Shown: positions 34,581-44,919, numbered from the stretch's first letter. The stretch is 64,000 nucleotides of DNA from Thermodesulfobacteriota bacterium (GCA_040757625.1 JBFLWU010000007.1:66163-130162); one strand, 5' to 3'. Program-made: numbers and translations. The notes: a model not told the origin generated them from the sequence alone.

Positions 34581-34936
34581 GCTTGTTTTTGAAAATCAGT
34601 AAGCGCTTTTGCGAGTTCCGTGATCTTTGCCGGCTTATGAAAGCAGGCGGCGGCCCCAAGCTGTCTGCACGTCTTGAAATCATGCTCCGTCGCATGCCCC
34701 GACAGGATCACAATTTTTACGTCCGGCATTTTCTCCCGGATCTGTTGCATAACCTGAATTCCATCCATATCGGGCAGGCGCAGGTCTAATACCACACCGT
34801 CAAAGTGCTCCCCGTGCAACCGCGCAAGGGCTGACGCACCGTCAAAAACAGGGGTGACATCAAACCCCCTTAACTTCAATCTTTCCGCAAGAACTCTGGC
34901 AAGCTTCTGTTCGTCGTCAACAACGAGAATTTTCAT
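34577..34936 (-). CDS. single-domain response regulator (REC only)
   Basis: MKILVVDDE...VVLDLRLPDMDG...HKP. There is a 4-nt overlap with the kinase start. Confidence 0.9.
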   Translation of the reverse strand: MKILVVDDEQKLARVLAERLKLRGFDVTPVFDGASALARLHGEHFDGVVLDLRLPDMDGIQVMQQIREKMPDVKIVILSGHATEHDFKTCRQLGAAACFHKPAKITELAKALTDFQKQA

Positions 34937-35157
34937 GTGTTTAAGGGGATCAAAAATGATTTGACTTTGAAATTTTCATCTATTAAAAACCAATTAATCA
35001 TAATTGTAAATAATTTTCCACCTGAAACCTGCATGAAAGTTGATGTGCGGCTGTTTTATAATTCCATACAAAAGGATTACGTAAATATTTTAAATTACAT
35101 CATCCATACCCAATCCCGTTGAAACTGAACCGCACCGACAATGACCCGGGAGTCTCT

Positions 35158-36132
35158 ATGTTGCCGAAATTCCGTATGAAATGGTTTTGCTCCGTTGCGC
35201 TAATGACCCTATTCCTGCTACCCCTGATCGCAACAGCAGCCGAGGGAACCGGTATCAGTGGAGACTCCAACTGGCCCTGGTGGGTTTGGCCGATCATCTT
35301 ATTTGTATTTTGTTTTGCACTCGGCATCGTTGCCGTCCTTGCGGGGGTCGGCGGCGGCGTGCTCTATGTTCCCCTGGTCAGCGGCTTTTTTCCTTTCCAC
35401 ATCGACTTTGTGCGGGGCGCAGGCCTGATGGTTGCTTTGGCCGGTGCCCTTGCCGCCGGCCCCGGCTTGCTGCGCCGGAATCTGGCGAGTCTTCGCCTTG
35501 CCCTTCCGGTGGCCCTGATCGCTTCCACTTTTTCGATTATCGGCGCCATGCTGGGACTCTATCTGTCCAAAGTTAATCCGAATATCGTGCAGGTCTGCCT
35601 GGGGGTAACGATAGTCGGGATTGCCATCCTCATCTTTCTTTCAAAAAACACCGAAAAACCTGTCGTCACATGTCAGGACGCCGTCGGTCTGGCGCTGGGT
35701 ATCAGCGGTTCCTGTCTGGATGAAGCAACCAAAGAAGAGATTCACTGGAAAACCCACCGCACCCTGCTGGGGTTGGTGATGTTTGTTTTTATTGGAATTC
35801 TGGCAGGCATGTTCGGCCTGGGAGCGGGCTGGGCAAATGTCCCGGTGCTTAACCTCCTGCTCGGCGTGCCGTTGAAAATATCCGTGGCCACCAGCAAGTT
35901 TCTCCTCTCCATCACCGACACATCTGCCGCCTGGATCTACATGAATAAAGGCTGCGTGATTCCCCTGATTGCGATTCCATCCATTATCGGTTTAATGTTC
36001 GGTTCCTTTGTCGGCGTCAGATTGCTCAGCATTGCCAAACCCAAGTTTATCCGCCTGATGGTGATTTTTGTCTTGCTGTTTGCCGGCTTAAAGGCCATCG
36101 ACAAGGGACTGGGAATAGGATTCCTTGGTTAA
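35158..36132 (+). CDS. TauE/SafE (TSUP) family anion exporter
   Basis: Polytopic membrane protein with GVGGG.L.VP and GLGAGW motifs. The ATG at 35158 has a GGGAG RBS. Confidence 0.82.
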   Translation: MLPKFRMKWFCSVALMTLFLLPLIATAAEGTGISGDSNWPWWVWPIILFVFCFALGIVAVLAGVGGGVLYVPLVSGFFPFHIDFVRGAGLMVALAGALAAGPGLLRRNLASLRLALPVALIASTFSIIGAMLGLYLSKVNPNIVQVCLGVTIVGIAILIFLSKNTEKPVVTCQDAVGLALGISGSCLDEATKEEIHWKTHRTLLGLVMFVFIGILAGMFGLGAGWANVPVLNLLLGVPLKISVATSKFLLSITDTSAAWIYMNKGCVIPLIAIPSIIGLMFGSFVGVRLLSIAKPKFIRLMVIFVLLFAGLKAIDKGLGIGFLG

Positions 36133-36149
36133 TAATAAGGAGATTGTTC

Positions 36150-36578
36150 ATGACCGAACAACTGAATAAAAACCTCAAGCCGATGTCCGAACAAATCACC
36201 TATGCCAATCTCTTGTTCATCGGCGCCTGGGCCGGCATTCTGCTGATGCTGATCACATATTTTATTTATATCACCGGAATCATTTCCCCCCACGTGGATA
36301 TCGCCGTGATCATCCAGAACTGGGACAAAGGGGTCGACGAATATCTTAAAATTACGAATTCTCCACATGGATGGGGATGGCTGAGCCTATTGAACACGGG
36401 GGATTTTCTTAACTTCGTCGGGCTTGTCCTGATCGCGGTGCTGACGATCATCTGCTATTTATTCCTTGTCGCCGGATATCAAAAGAGAAAAGATTGGATA
36501 TATTTTTTCATCTGCGTGTTCGAGATTGCGGTTTTGGTCTTAGCCGCTTCGGGGGTTCTGGGAACCGGCGGTCATTGA
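36150..36578 (+). CDS. small membrane protein, DUF1634-like TauE partner
   Basis: Three to four TM segments immediately downstream of TauE, with RBS AAGGAG 7 nt upstream. Confidence 0.55.
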   Translation: MTEQLNKNLKPMSEQITYANLLFIGAWAGILLMLITYFIYITGIISPHVDIAVIIQNWDKGVDEYLKITNSPHGWGWLSLLNTGDFLNFVGLVLIAVLTIICYLFLVAGYQKRKDWIYFFICVFEIAVLVLAASGVLGTGGH

Positions 36579-36672
36579 GATCTGTGCAAAACGATTCTAT
36601 TGGTCCGATTGACTATATGTTAAAGACCTCATCATTAGCAATCGGTCGTACTTTTTAAACAAAGGATTCGCC

Positions 36673-37473
36673 ATGACGGAAGATACTCCTCTTATCCTAT
36701 TAGTGGATGATGAGAAAAAATTTCTGGATACGATTTCGGACAGGATCCGACTCAAGGGGTATGAGCCGCTGCTGGCCACGAGCGGCGCCGAAGCCCTGGA
36801 ACTTGCCCGCCGGCACAGGATCTATGCCGCCGTGGTGGATCTCAAGATGCCGGACATGGACGGCCTGGAAACCATTACACGGCTTAAAGAAATCCATCCC
36901 TCCATCAAAACGGTGCTCCTGACCGGATTCGGTGATGAGAAAGCCCGAGAGGCTGCAACAGCCCTTGATACCTCCTATTTTGAAAAAGACGACATGGGCA
37001 GTTTTTGGGATTTCATCAAACTCCCTGTTAAAAAGAAAGTGAATATCCTTCTGGTGGATGATGAGAAAAAGTTTCTGGATACCCTTTCCGGCAGAATACG
37101 CCTGAAAGGTTTCGAGCCGCTGCTGGCCACGAGCGGCGCCGAAGCCCTGGAACTTGCCCGCCGGCACGAAATCTATGCCGCCGTGGTGGATCTCAAGATG
37201 CCGGACATGGACGGCCTGGAAACCATTACCCGTTTAAAGGAAATCCATCCCTCCGTCAAAACGGTGCTCCTCACCGGGTTCGGTGATGAAAAAGTCCGGG
37301 AGGCCGCGGAAGCCATCGCTTCCGACTATTTCGAAAAAGACCGCATGAGCGGGTTCTGGCAGTTCATCAAAAAACTACAGAAAACGCTTGAAGACAGTAT
37401 GGCTGCCGCCGGAATGTCCGACGGCGATACGGAAGGCGCCGCCAAAATTTCTAAAAAGAATAAAGGGGCATGA
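36673..37473 (+). CDS. tandem double-receiver (REC-REC) response regulator with no output domain
   Basis: Two complete REC domains (LLVDDEKKFLDT...VVDLKMPDMDG...) form a 117-codon internal duplication. Confidence 0.85.
   Translation: MTEDTPLILLVDDEKKFLDTISDRIRLKGYEPLLATSGAEALELARRHRIYAAVVDLKMPDMDGLETITRLKEIHPSIKTVLLTGFGDEKAREAATALDTSYFEKDDMGSFWDFIKLPVKKKVNILLVDDEKKFLDTLSGRIRLKGFEPLLATSGAEALELARRHEIYAAVVDLKMPDMDGLETITRLKEIHPSVKTVLLTGFGDEKVREAAEAIASDYFEKDRMSGFWQFIKKLQKTLEDSMAAAGMSDGDTEGAAKISKKNKGA
36694..37395 (+). repeat. 351-bp intragenic tandem duplication (2 units)
   Basis: The offset is exactly 351 nt (GTGGATGATGAGAAAAA at 36703 and 37054). A ~116-nt stretch from 36763 / 37114 is identical except for 3 mismatches within a single 4-nt block. 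Confidence 0.9.
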
Positions 37474-37627
37474 TCATCCCCTCGAAACGTTAAACAAATA
37501 TCCGGAAGTATCTATTTTTGTTCTTGAAAGCCTCCCTGTTTCCCGGCTCAATAGCCTGTTCGCATTTCGCTTGAACCCCGGAATCCTTGAACCCTTTACC
37601 CTATCATGTTTTTTGCAGCTGCGGGTG

Positions 37628-38428
37628 TTACGTCTCAAAAGGAACCACACTCACCCTCACCTCTCTTATTCCATCAACAGCTTTCAAGGCTTGTTTGATC
37701 TCGGCCCCGGCCTTCTCTTCCAGAGAGAGAGCCGTTTCAATTCTCACGAGAACAACCGCGTTCTGGCAACTGACCTGCGATGAAGGGTACCGTTCAATGA
37801 TGGCTGCCTTGGCAGAGGCCGCCACACTGAGGTCTTCCATTTTCTGCTGCGATTCGGGTGTCGTCTGAAAACGTTTCAGGCTGACCTTGTGACAAATAAT
37901 ATCTACGGCATCCTCCAGGGTCAGCTGGCCGATGTTGATGACCATGTCGTAGAGGCTGGGATCGGATGTTTCGATTCCGTAGAGCTGCTGGCTCCACTTT
38001 CGGCGCTGCTCATCTATCTTGTGAATATATTTTGCCGCTTCATCCCTTGAAAACTTGTTCCGTTTCATGACGATCTTGATGCGCTCCGCCAGGGACGCTA
38101 TGATCCTTACTTTGAGGACATGGGAAACATCCTGAACGAAAAAATGCCCGGCAAATCCATGATAGACGACATTGTCTTTCTTTAAATTTTTTAAAACGGC
38201 CGCCTGGATGTACGCGATATATTTTTCTTTTCTAAAAAGGATGTTGTCCAGAAAAGTGGGAGAGTCATAGATGGCATGAAACAGCTTTATTTCAGGAATA
38301 TTGAAATCTTTGGATGCTTCAATCAGAATCTCCCTGGAGATGCAATCATAGCCAAGTCTCTCGGCTACGTTTTCAGCGATTTCTTTTCCATGGCTATATG
38401 AACCGCGTGATATCGTAATGACCGCCAT
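37628..38428 (-). CDS. cytidylate-kinase-like family protein with a BON-like C-terminal domain (paralog 2)
   Basis: MAVITISRGSYSHGKEIAENVAERLGY, collinear with 30686-31495. Confidence 0.65.
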   Translation of the reverse strand: MAVITISRGSYSHGKEIAENVAERLGYDCISREILIEASKDFNIPEIKLFHAIYDSPTFLDNILFRKEKYIAYIQAAVLKNLKKDNVVYHGFAGHFFVQDVSHVLKVRIIASLAERIKIVMKRNKFSRDEAAKYIHKIDEQRRKWSQQLYGIETSDPSLYDMVINIGQLTLEDAVDIICHKVSLKRFQTTPESQQKMEDLSVAASAKAAIIERYPSSQVSCQNAVVLVRIETALSLEEKAGAEIKQALKAVDGIREVRVSVVPFET

Positions 38429-38589
38429 AATTCGGAGCCCTCACCGGAAGTTGGATGGACGCTTGTTGCAACTGTGGTTATTTCAATTAATTCGACGTGT
38501 TGGTGTGATTTCCGTCAAGAAATACAGACAATGGCATTCAAAGTCAAGATAAACTTGAAACCAAGAAGGTACCACAATTTACTCATAAC

Positions 38590-38635
38590 AAAAGCCCGCT
38601 GATTTTTTATCAAACGAACGCATCAACGGGCTTTT
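38590..38635 (-). terminator. hairpin terminator downstream of the thiolase gene
   Basis: The minus-strand 14-bp stem AAAAGCCCGTTGAT / ATCAGCGGGCTTTT has one G-U pair and is followed by GTTATGAG. Its U-tract is weak. Confidence 0.5.
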
Positions 38636-38661
38636 GTGAAAGATTGTTTTGGCCTTTTATA

Positions 38662-39852
38662 CTAACCGATTTTCAATACCAGTCCGGCGGCCGTATCGCC
38701 GGCCGCACAACCGCCCAAGAGCAGGTAGCCGCCCCCGGCCATGGCGGTCTCTTCAATCCCCTCGATCAGCAGGCGCCCGGCTGTCGGCGCCTGGGGATGC
38801 CCAAAAATCAGGGAGCTGCCGTAATTGTTGAAGCCGTTGACATCGATGGCCATCTGCTTGGCCATGTAGATGTCATTGGCCGCAAAGGGGTTGTGGGTTT
38901 TGATGGTCTTAACATCCTTTACGGTGATGCCGGCCTTGTCCAGCGCCATCTGCGCCGCCGGAACCACCGCCATGGCCATGAACCCTTTTTTGGTGCGGGC
39001 ATATCCGAAAGATATGATCTGAACCTCAATCTTGGGATCGGTGCTCAGCTCCCGGGCTTTTTCCCGGGTGGTGACCACCATGCCGCAGTTGCCGTCGGCC
39101 GGATGGGTCTGTGAACCGAAGGTATGGACACCCTCAGGCAGGACGGGCCTTAGCCCGGCCAGGCCTTCGGCGGTAGTAGGCATAACACCTTCGTCATCTT
39201 CCACCAGTTTGACTTCCTTTTTGGAAATCCTGACCTCCGCCGGAAACAGATAGCGTTTCTTGAAGGCCTTGTCGTCGGCGAAAGCGTCCATGTACTGCTC
39301 ATAGCGTCGGAGTGTAACGGCGTCGCATTCCTGCCGGGTGATTCCCGACTCTTTGGCCACGTTTTCCGCGGTTTGAATCATTGCGTTTTTAGCCCAGGGG
39401 TCCTGGTTGAAGTTGTCCATGAGCCAGTTTTCGGAAATGACTTCGCCCCCCGGTCCGTTGGGATTGGGCCATATCGCGTGGGGACCGTTGGAGCAGCGGT
39501 CGGTCATCAGGCAGAAGGCCTTCCCGTAAAGACCGGTCTCGACACCCATCGCCGCCTGGAAAATACCGGTGGTGGAAGTGGTGCAGGCCTGGCTCAGGAG
39601 TACCCCGGGTATGCCTGTCGCGCCCATTAGGGCCGCCGCCCAGGGACCGCCGTAAAATCCATGCTTCTGGTGTATCGTGATTCCCAGAATGAGATAATCG
39701 AACATCTTGGGATCCCACTTCTTGTGCGCAAACCATCGCTTGGAGGTGTTTGCACCCAGCTCGATAGAGTTTTCGTTTGCCATGGTCCCCTGCCATCTGG
39801 AAAAGGGAGTGCTGTAATAGCCCCGGTACGGTATGAACGCTTTTGTCAACAT
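38662..39852 (-). CDS. thiolase-family protein (acetyl-CoA acyltransferase-like)
   Basis: Active-site contexts LSQACTTSTTG, GHPQAPTG and GGCAAGD. The ATG at 39852 begins MLTKAFIPYRG. Confidence 0.8.
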   Translation of the reverse strand: MLTKAFIPYRGYYSTPFSRWQGTMANENSIELGANTSKRWFAHKKWDPKMFDYLILGITIHQKHGFYGGPWAAALMGATGIPGVLLSQACTTSTTGIFQAAMGVETGLYGKAFCLMTDRCSNGPHAIWPNPNGPGGEVISENWLMDNFNQDPWAKNAMIQTAENVAKESGITRQECDAVTLRRYEQYMDAFADDKAFKKRYLFPAEVRISKKEVKLVEDDEGVMPTTAEGLAGLRPVLPEGVHTFGSQTHPADGNCGMVVTTREKARELSTDPKIEVQIISFGYARTKKGFMAMAVVPAAQMALDKAGITVKDVKTIKTHNPFAANDIYMAKQMAIDVNGFNNYGSSLIFGHPQAPTAGRLLIEGIEETAMAGGGYLLLGGCAAGDTAAGLVLKIG

Positions 39853-40013
39853 GATGTTCTCCTCTCTCCGAAATAGAATCAAGTCATTCAGTGCTTCTCG
39901 CAAATATTTCGAAAATAGAATCCAAGGATTCGGGGGGCAAGGGTTCGGCTACCCCAATTTTCATTATTACACTTACCCCCTTAAACCCCGGACCCTTTGA
40001 ATCCTATTGGCTA

Positions 40014-41597
40014 TCAACAGGCATCGCTCCAGCGGCCGTACTTATCCCGCAGGATGCGGTGCAGAATTTTCCCGGTGGGGGTCCGGGGCATATCCGCATC
40101 TTTGATAAACTCTATGGATTTAGGCCGTTTGAAACCGGCCAGTTCGCCCTTGCAGAAAATCATGATCTCATTTTTCAGATCTTCAGTGGGCTCAAATCCC
40201 TCGTGCAGCACCACAACCGCTTTAATGGATTCCCCCCACTTCTCATCCGGAACGCCGATCACGGCGATATCCTTGATGGCCCTGTGGCAGCCGATGGAGC
40301 ATTCGACTTCCGAGGGATAGACGTTTTCGCCGCCGGTGATGATCATGTTGGCCTTTCGGTCCACCAGCACGTAATACCCGTCCGCATCCCGCCGGGCCAT
40401 ATCGCCCGCCGAGGACCAGCCCCCCTCAAAGGCGGCCTTTGTTTTTTCCGGTTCTTTCAGATATTCCTTGAACAGCATGGGCGTCCGGTAGAAAAGTTCG
40501 CCCACCTCGCCGTCCGGGACCTCTTGCCGGTTTTCATCCAGGAGTTTGATCCGGTCGGTGCCGAAAATTTCTCGGCCGATGGAACCCAGTTTCTTAAACT
40601 GGTCCTCGGGCCTGAGCAGGGTCACCAGTCCGCCTTCTGTGCTGCCGTAAGCTTCCCAGAGCTCGGCGTTTTTAAAGTACGCCATGATGGCCAGCTTTAA
40701 ATCTTTGCGGGCCGGGGCGGAAGAAATCAGCAGTTGGCGGATGGAAGAAACATCGATGTTTTTTTTAACCTTATCCGGCAGGGCCAGCAGCATGATATAA
40801 TGGGTCGGAACCAGGGAGGTAAAGGTGATCTTGTATCGATCAATGGTCCGCAGCAGGTCTTCGGGATCGAAACTCACCATGTTGTAAACAAACACCGGGG
40901 CTGTTACCAGGGTGTAGGGAAACGAATAGAAAATGGAGTTGACGTGGCACATGGGCATCACCAGCATGACCTTGTCCGTGGGCCGGACCCCCATGTTGAT
41001 GTTGTTGAGAACGTACTCGGCGTGATAGCTTTCATGGGTGCGCACCACCCCCTTGGGCCGGCCGGTTGTCCCTGACGTGTACATGATCGTCCAGCTGTCG
41101 CCGCCGTCGACCATGGTATCCGGTTCCTCCGGCGATGATTTTTTCAGCCACTCTTCATACCCCACATAGCCTTCCGGTACCGGGCCGTCTCCCAGATAGA
41201 TGTAGCTGCCCCGGGAAACTGGAAGTTTTTCTCTGATGCCATCGACCAGTTCCACGAAAGGTTTTTCTACGATAAAGGCCTTGCACTCTGAATGGTTGAG
41301 AATATATTGAATATCCGGTCCGGTCAGCCGGAACATGACGGGAACGACAATCTGGCCGCCCTTGGCGCAGCCGGCATAGATGTCCATCCACTCGCCCCGG
41401 TTATAGGCGATGACCGCAACCGGATCCCGGTAGCCGGCACCCAGATTCCTGAGTCCGTTGGCTAGGCGGCAGGCTCTTTCGTTCCACTCCCGAAAGGTAT
41501 ACTCCCTGAACTTGTCCTGCCACCCCAGTTTGTCGGGGTAGTTCAACGCATTCATCTTGAGGACTGTTCCCGCATGCATCCATCTGCTCAGCGCCAT
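40014..41597 (-). CDS. AMP-forming acyl-CoA synthetase/ligase
   Basis: AMP-binding motif YTSGTTGRPKGV, and the GDMARRDADGYYVLVDRK and PRTPTGKI motifs. Confidence 0.9.
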   Translation of the reverse strand: MALSRWMHAGTVLKMNALNYPDKLGWQDKFREYTFREWNERACRLANGLRNLGAGYRDPVAVIAYNRGEWMDIYAGCAKGGQIVVPVMFRLTGPDIQYILNHSECKAFIVEKPFVELVDGIREKLPVSRGSYIYLGDGPVPEGYVGYEEWLKKSSPEEPDTMVDGGDSWTIMYTSGTTGRPKGVVRTHESYHAEYVLNNINMGVRPTDKVMLVMPMCHVNSIFYSFPYTLVTAPVFVYNMVSFDPEDLLRTIDRYKITFTSLVPTHYIMLLALPDKVKKNIDVSSIRQLLISSAPARKDLKLAIMAYFKNAELWEAYGSTEGGLVTLLRPEDQFKKLGSIGREIFGTDRIKLLDENRQEVPDGEVGELFYRTPMLFKEYLKEPEKTKAAFEGGWSSAGDMARRDADGYYVLVDRKANMIITGGENVYPSEVECSIGCHRAIKDIAVIGVPDEKWGESIKAVVVLHEGFEPTEDLKNEIMIFCKGELAGFKRPKSIEFIKDADMPRTPTGKILHRILRDKYGRWSDAC

Positions 41598-41705
41598 TGC
41601 ATTGCTCCTTTAAATTCCTGAATCCTGCATAAAATTGTCGAGAATCGGATCACCATGGCGGCCCTGTTGATATTAACTTATCCCTTGTTGTCAACCCAAA
41701 AAGGG

Positions 41706-42485
41706 TTAGGCGCCCATCGCAAAAAGAGCCGCGCCCACAGCACCGGTGAACTGGGGATATTCCGGCACTTGTACCGTGCGGTTTAAGGCCTCTTCGAGCA
41801 TGGTTACCATATACGGATTGTGGGCAACCACGCCGCCGGTCATAACCACGTGACCGGCCAGTGTGTCCATTTCCATGATTCGCTTGATGACCGAAGCGAA
41901 AAGGCCTTTGACAATATCCGGCACTTTTTTCCCCAGCCTGATTTTTTCCAGCACCTCGGTTGCGGTGAAAACCGTACAGTAGCTCCCCAGTTCGACCATC
42001 CGGGTGGATTCCCTGGCCAGGACGTCCATATCCTCCAGGGGGATATCCAGCCGCAGGGACATCTCCTCCAAAAAGGCGCCGGTGCCGGCGGCACACTTGC
42101 GATTCATCTTGAAATTCAGGCGGCGTCCCCTATCGTCAAGCCGGATGATCTTGTTATCCTGTCCACCGATATCGATGATGGTGATGTCCATGGGAAAATA
42201 GTGAAAACACCCTTTGGCATGGCAGCTGATTTCAGTCTTGGTATCCCGCGTGAGGTCGACATTCCTGCGGCCGTATCCGGTGGCGACCGCGGCGCCGATA
42301 TCCCCGACCGCATGCCCTGCCATCTCCAAAGCCTCCCGCAGACAGTACTGGGCCGTTGCCGCAAAATCCGTACCGGATCTTGCCACGCTGCGGCCAATGA
42401 TGTTTCTGCCGGCATCCAGAACGGTCACCTTGGTGCGCGAAGCCCCCACGTCAATTCCAGCAAAAACTTGCTGCCGGCTCGTCAT
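41706..42485 (-). CDS. BcrAD/BadFG/HgdC-type ATPase (activase of 2-hydroxyacyl-CoA dehydratase-family enzymes)
   Basis: GIDVGASRTKV, DIGGQDNK and a Cys-containing helix region. The ATG directly abuts the stop of the upstream HGD-family gene. Confidence 0.9.
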   Translation of the reverse strand: MTSRQQVFAGIDVGASRTKVTVLDAGRNIIGRSVARSGTDFAATAQYCLREALEMAGHAVGDIGAAVATGYGRRNVDLTRDTKTEISCHAKGCFHYFPMDITIIDIGGQDNKIIRLDDRGRRLNFKMNRKCAAGTGAFLEEMSLRLDIPLEDMDVLARESTRMVELGSYCTVFTATEVLEKIRLGKKVPDIVKGLFASVIKRIMEMDTLAGHVVMTGGVVAHNPYMVTMLEEALNRTVQVPEYPQFTGAVGAALFAMGA

Positions 42486-43730
42486 TTATTTCAAATCCTC
42501 CAGCTGCTCAATGAACGCTTCAATATTGGTGCGAGTCTGTTCCTCCGAATAGCAGCGCAGATCATTCAGATCGCCGTTGATGGTCAGTGTCGGAATGTTC
42601 AGCTCCCGGCCGAGTCTGTCCGGCATCCCGTAGCGGTTGTTGGAGTTGTTGGGGCAGGTCTTGGCGTCATGAAAAACGATGCCGTCAAAGCGATACAACT
42701 CGAAGCACTTGCGAATGTACGCTTCTTTATAGGTTTCATCCCGAACGATAAAAAGTTCGGTGTAAGCCGATGCCATGCTTTCAAAGGGCGTCTCCGGGTC
42801 GAGTTGATCAAAGATCCAGCTGTTGCAATAGGTCGATGCCACCACGCTGGTATTCAGGGCTGCAAACTGATCGGACAGCGATCTTAATTTCCCCCAGATC
42901 GGCATCCCTTCCCAATAGAGCCGGTGCCTTTCCCCTTCAACCGCGGCAATTTTATGTTTAACCCGGTCATTGAGTTCGCTTAAAAGGGTTTCATAATAAT
43001 CGACGCCTGCGGTTGTTCCCCGGGCAACGACCGCAGGTCCCATGTGAATGGTTGCATCAAAGAACGTCCAGGGCGTTGGCACCGCCGCGGCAGATTCCAA
43101 ACAGGAGCGCCACAACTGGGATGTCCGGCGTGAAAGACGGATGCTTTCACGAAAACGTTCCCTGTCAAATTTCTGCCCGCTGATTTTTTCCAGCACCGGC
43201 ACCATGTCCTGTATCTGCCGGGCGATATCTCTGACCTGATATTCGCGGATCGCCTGAATGCCCCGATGGGTATGAATGCCGATGACCGGAGCCCTGAACT
43301 CCCGGGCATACCAGGAGAACCAGTCCTGCACATCCCGGCATTGATTGGTGTTGAATACCAGTACATCCGGCCGGGGGACCGTATCAATGCCGTAGGCCTT
43401 GGTCAGCGGTGTTTTCTTTTGAAGGAAGGCGCCGATATCGCTGGTAAGATAGGAACAAATATCCGGCGAATAACCGGCGGCATTGGCGTAAGGAATCAGG
43501 TCGGCGGCCATCCGGCTGGCCCCCAGCATGGCGCCGTGATTTTCGGGGAAATATACCAGAAACCCCATTCCCCGCAAAAGTTCGGCAGGCCCCACGCTGG
43601 TGCACCAGGCGATCTTTCGAGATCCGGTCTTGGAGGCTTGGTCGAGTTCGTAAAAATGATCGGCCATCACTTTTTTTAAAACCGGTGCGGCTTTAAATTC
43701 CTTACGGACATTCTCCGTTTGCAATGACAT
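42486..43730 (-). CDS. 2-hydroxyacyl-CoA dehydratase (HGD-D) family protein, single subunit
   Basis: About 414 aa with family-typical Cys contexts (IAWCTS, PDICSY, DAKTCPNN). No second HGD-type subunit is present in the operon. The start is uncertain (43730 or 43832). Confidence 0.75.
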   Translation of the reverse strand: MSLQTENVRKEFKAAPVLKKVMADHFYELDQASKTGSRKIAWCTSVGPAELLRGMGFLVYFPENHGAMLGASRMAADLIPYANAAGYSPDICSYLTSDIGAFLQKKTPLTKAYGIDTVPRPDVLVFNTNQCRDVQDWFSWYAREFRAPVIGIHTHRGIQAIREYQVRDIARQIQDMVPVLEKISGQKFDRERFRESIRLSRRTSQLWRSCLESAAAVPTPWTFFDATIHMGPAVVARGTTAGVDYYETLLSELNDRVKHKIAAVEGERHRLYWEGMPIWGKLRSLSDQFAALNTSVVASTYCNSWIFDQLDPETPFESMASAYTELFIVRDETYKEAYIRKCFELYRFDGIVFHDAKTCPNNSNNRYGMPDRLGRELNIPTLTINGDLNDLRCYSEEQTRTNIEAFIEQLEDLK

Positions 43731-43882
43731 CAGCACCTGTCCTGTTCTGTCTTTTAGCCCGTTGGTGAAACAAACATGTATCCGATTGCCAGCCCCGCCA
43801 ACGGCTGGATGCGAAAGTACGTTGGCAGGCACCGGGAAAGCCGCAGGCGGGGCGGCTTTAGACGCAGTTTTACAATAACCTG

Positions 43883-44827
43883 TTAGGGCTCAAGGGCCTT
43901 CACAAGGGCCTTGAAGGTATTATTGTAAGGGGTGTCGATTCCGGCCTGTGCGCCGTATTCAACAAATTTCCCGTTAATGAAATCGATTTCGGTGCGGCGC
44001 TTGTTTTCAATATCCATCAGCATGGAAGGCTTATGATTGCCCGCGCTCTTCATGTACCCCATGCAGTAGGGATAAAAATCCCATCCCAGATTGATTTCAT
44101 TGGCCCGGGCCACTTTCACGCATTCCTTGACAAGGGCGTCGATAATTCCGAATACGATCGGATCTCCCATGGCCTGGGCCATCGTCATGCCTGTAACCGC
44201 ACAGACCGGATTCATGCAGGCGTTCATGATGGACTTGCGCCAGACCATTGATACGATTTGATCGGTATGTTGTGTCGCCAAGCCGCACCGGGTAAGGGCC
44301 CCGGCAATGGCAACGGCGGCGTCGGAAGTTTCCGGATCCAGCTCCTGGATATAATGGGGAGGATGATGAAACGGCATGTGCACATGCCCCGGCGCTGTCA
44401 GTCCGCATCCATAATTGACGACGGCGCGTAGAACCGGTTTTTTACCGAGAGTCTGAGCGACGGCAAGTTCCGTATCGATCCCGTTCTGCCAGCTGACGAC
44501 ATACATGCCCTCACGGTAGAAACCCTCTATGGCTGAAGCGATCAACGGAATAGCGTTTGCCTTAACCGTCAGGAAGATGACATCCGGCGGGTCGTCGCCG
44601 AGGTCGTCCACGGCGTGACGTGTTTTTGCAACCGGTTGTCGGATATTTTCAGCACCGTCAATAATGATCCCCGGATTCACCGCCGGGGCGATCAATTCCG
44701 GTATCACGTCACAGAGGGTAACCTCATACCCCCCCTTCGACAGAAAGGCTGCAACGATACACCCCACCGGCCCCGCCCCCACAACCGCAATTTTCCGGGG
44801 ACAAAATTCAGATTGACTTGCCATCAA
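43883..44827 (-). CDS. ketopantoate reductase (PanE/ApbA) family 2-oxoacid reductase
   Basis: KIAVVGAGPVGCIVAAFL Rossmann N-terminus and a PanE-like C-terminal domain. Confidence 0.82.
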   Translation of the reverse strand: MMASQSEFCPRKIAVVGAGPVGCIVAAFLSKGGYEVTLCDVIPELIAPAVNPGIIIDGAENIRQPVAKTRHAVDDLGDDPPDVIFLTVKANAIPLIASAIEGFYREGMYVVSWQNGIDTELAVAQTLGKKPVLRAVVNYGCGLTAPGHVHMPFHHPPHYIQELDPETSDAAVAIAGALTRCGLATQHTDQIVSMVWRKSIMNACMNPVCAVTGMTMAQAMGDPIVFGIIDALVKECVKVARANEINLGWDFYPYCMGYMKSAGNHKPSMLMDIENKRRTEIDFINGKFVEYGAQAGIDTPYNNTFKALVKALEP

Positions 44828-44919
44828 GACCCCCTTGTTGTTTAGGTATATGATCTATTGAAACCGTTGAGCTGTATTTATTGTAAGGCACGATCAAACC
44901 GGCGACTGACGCCGCTTTT

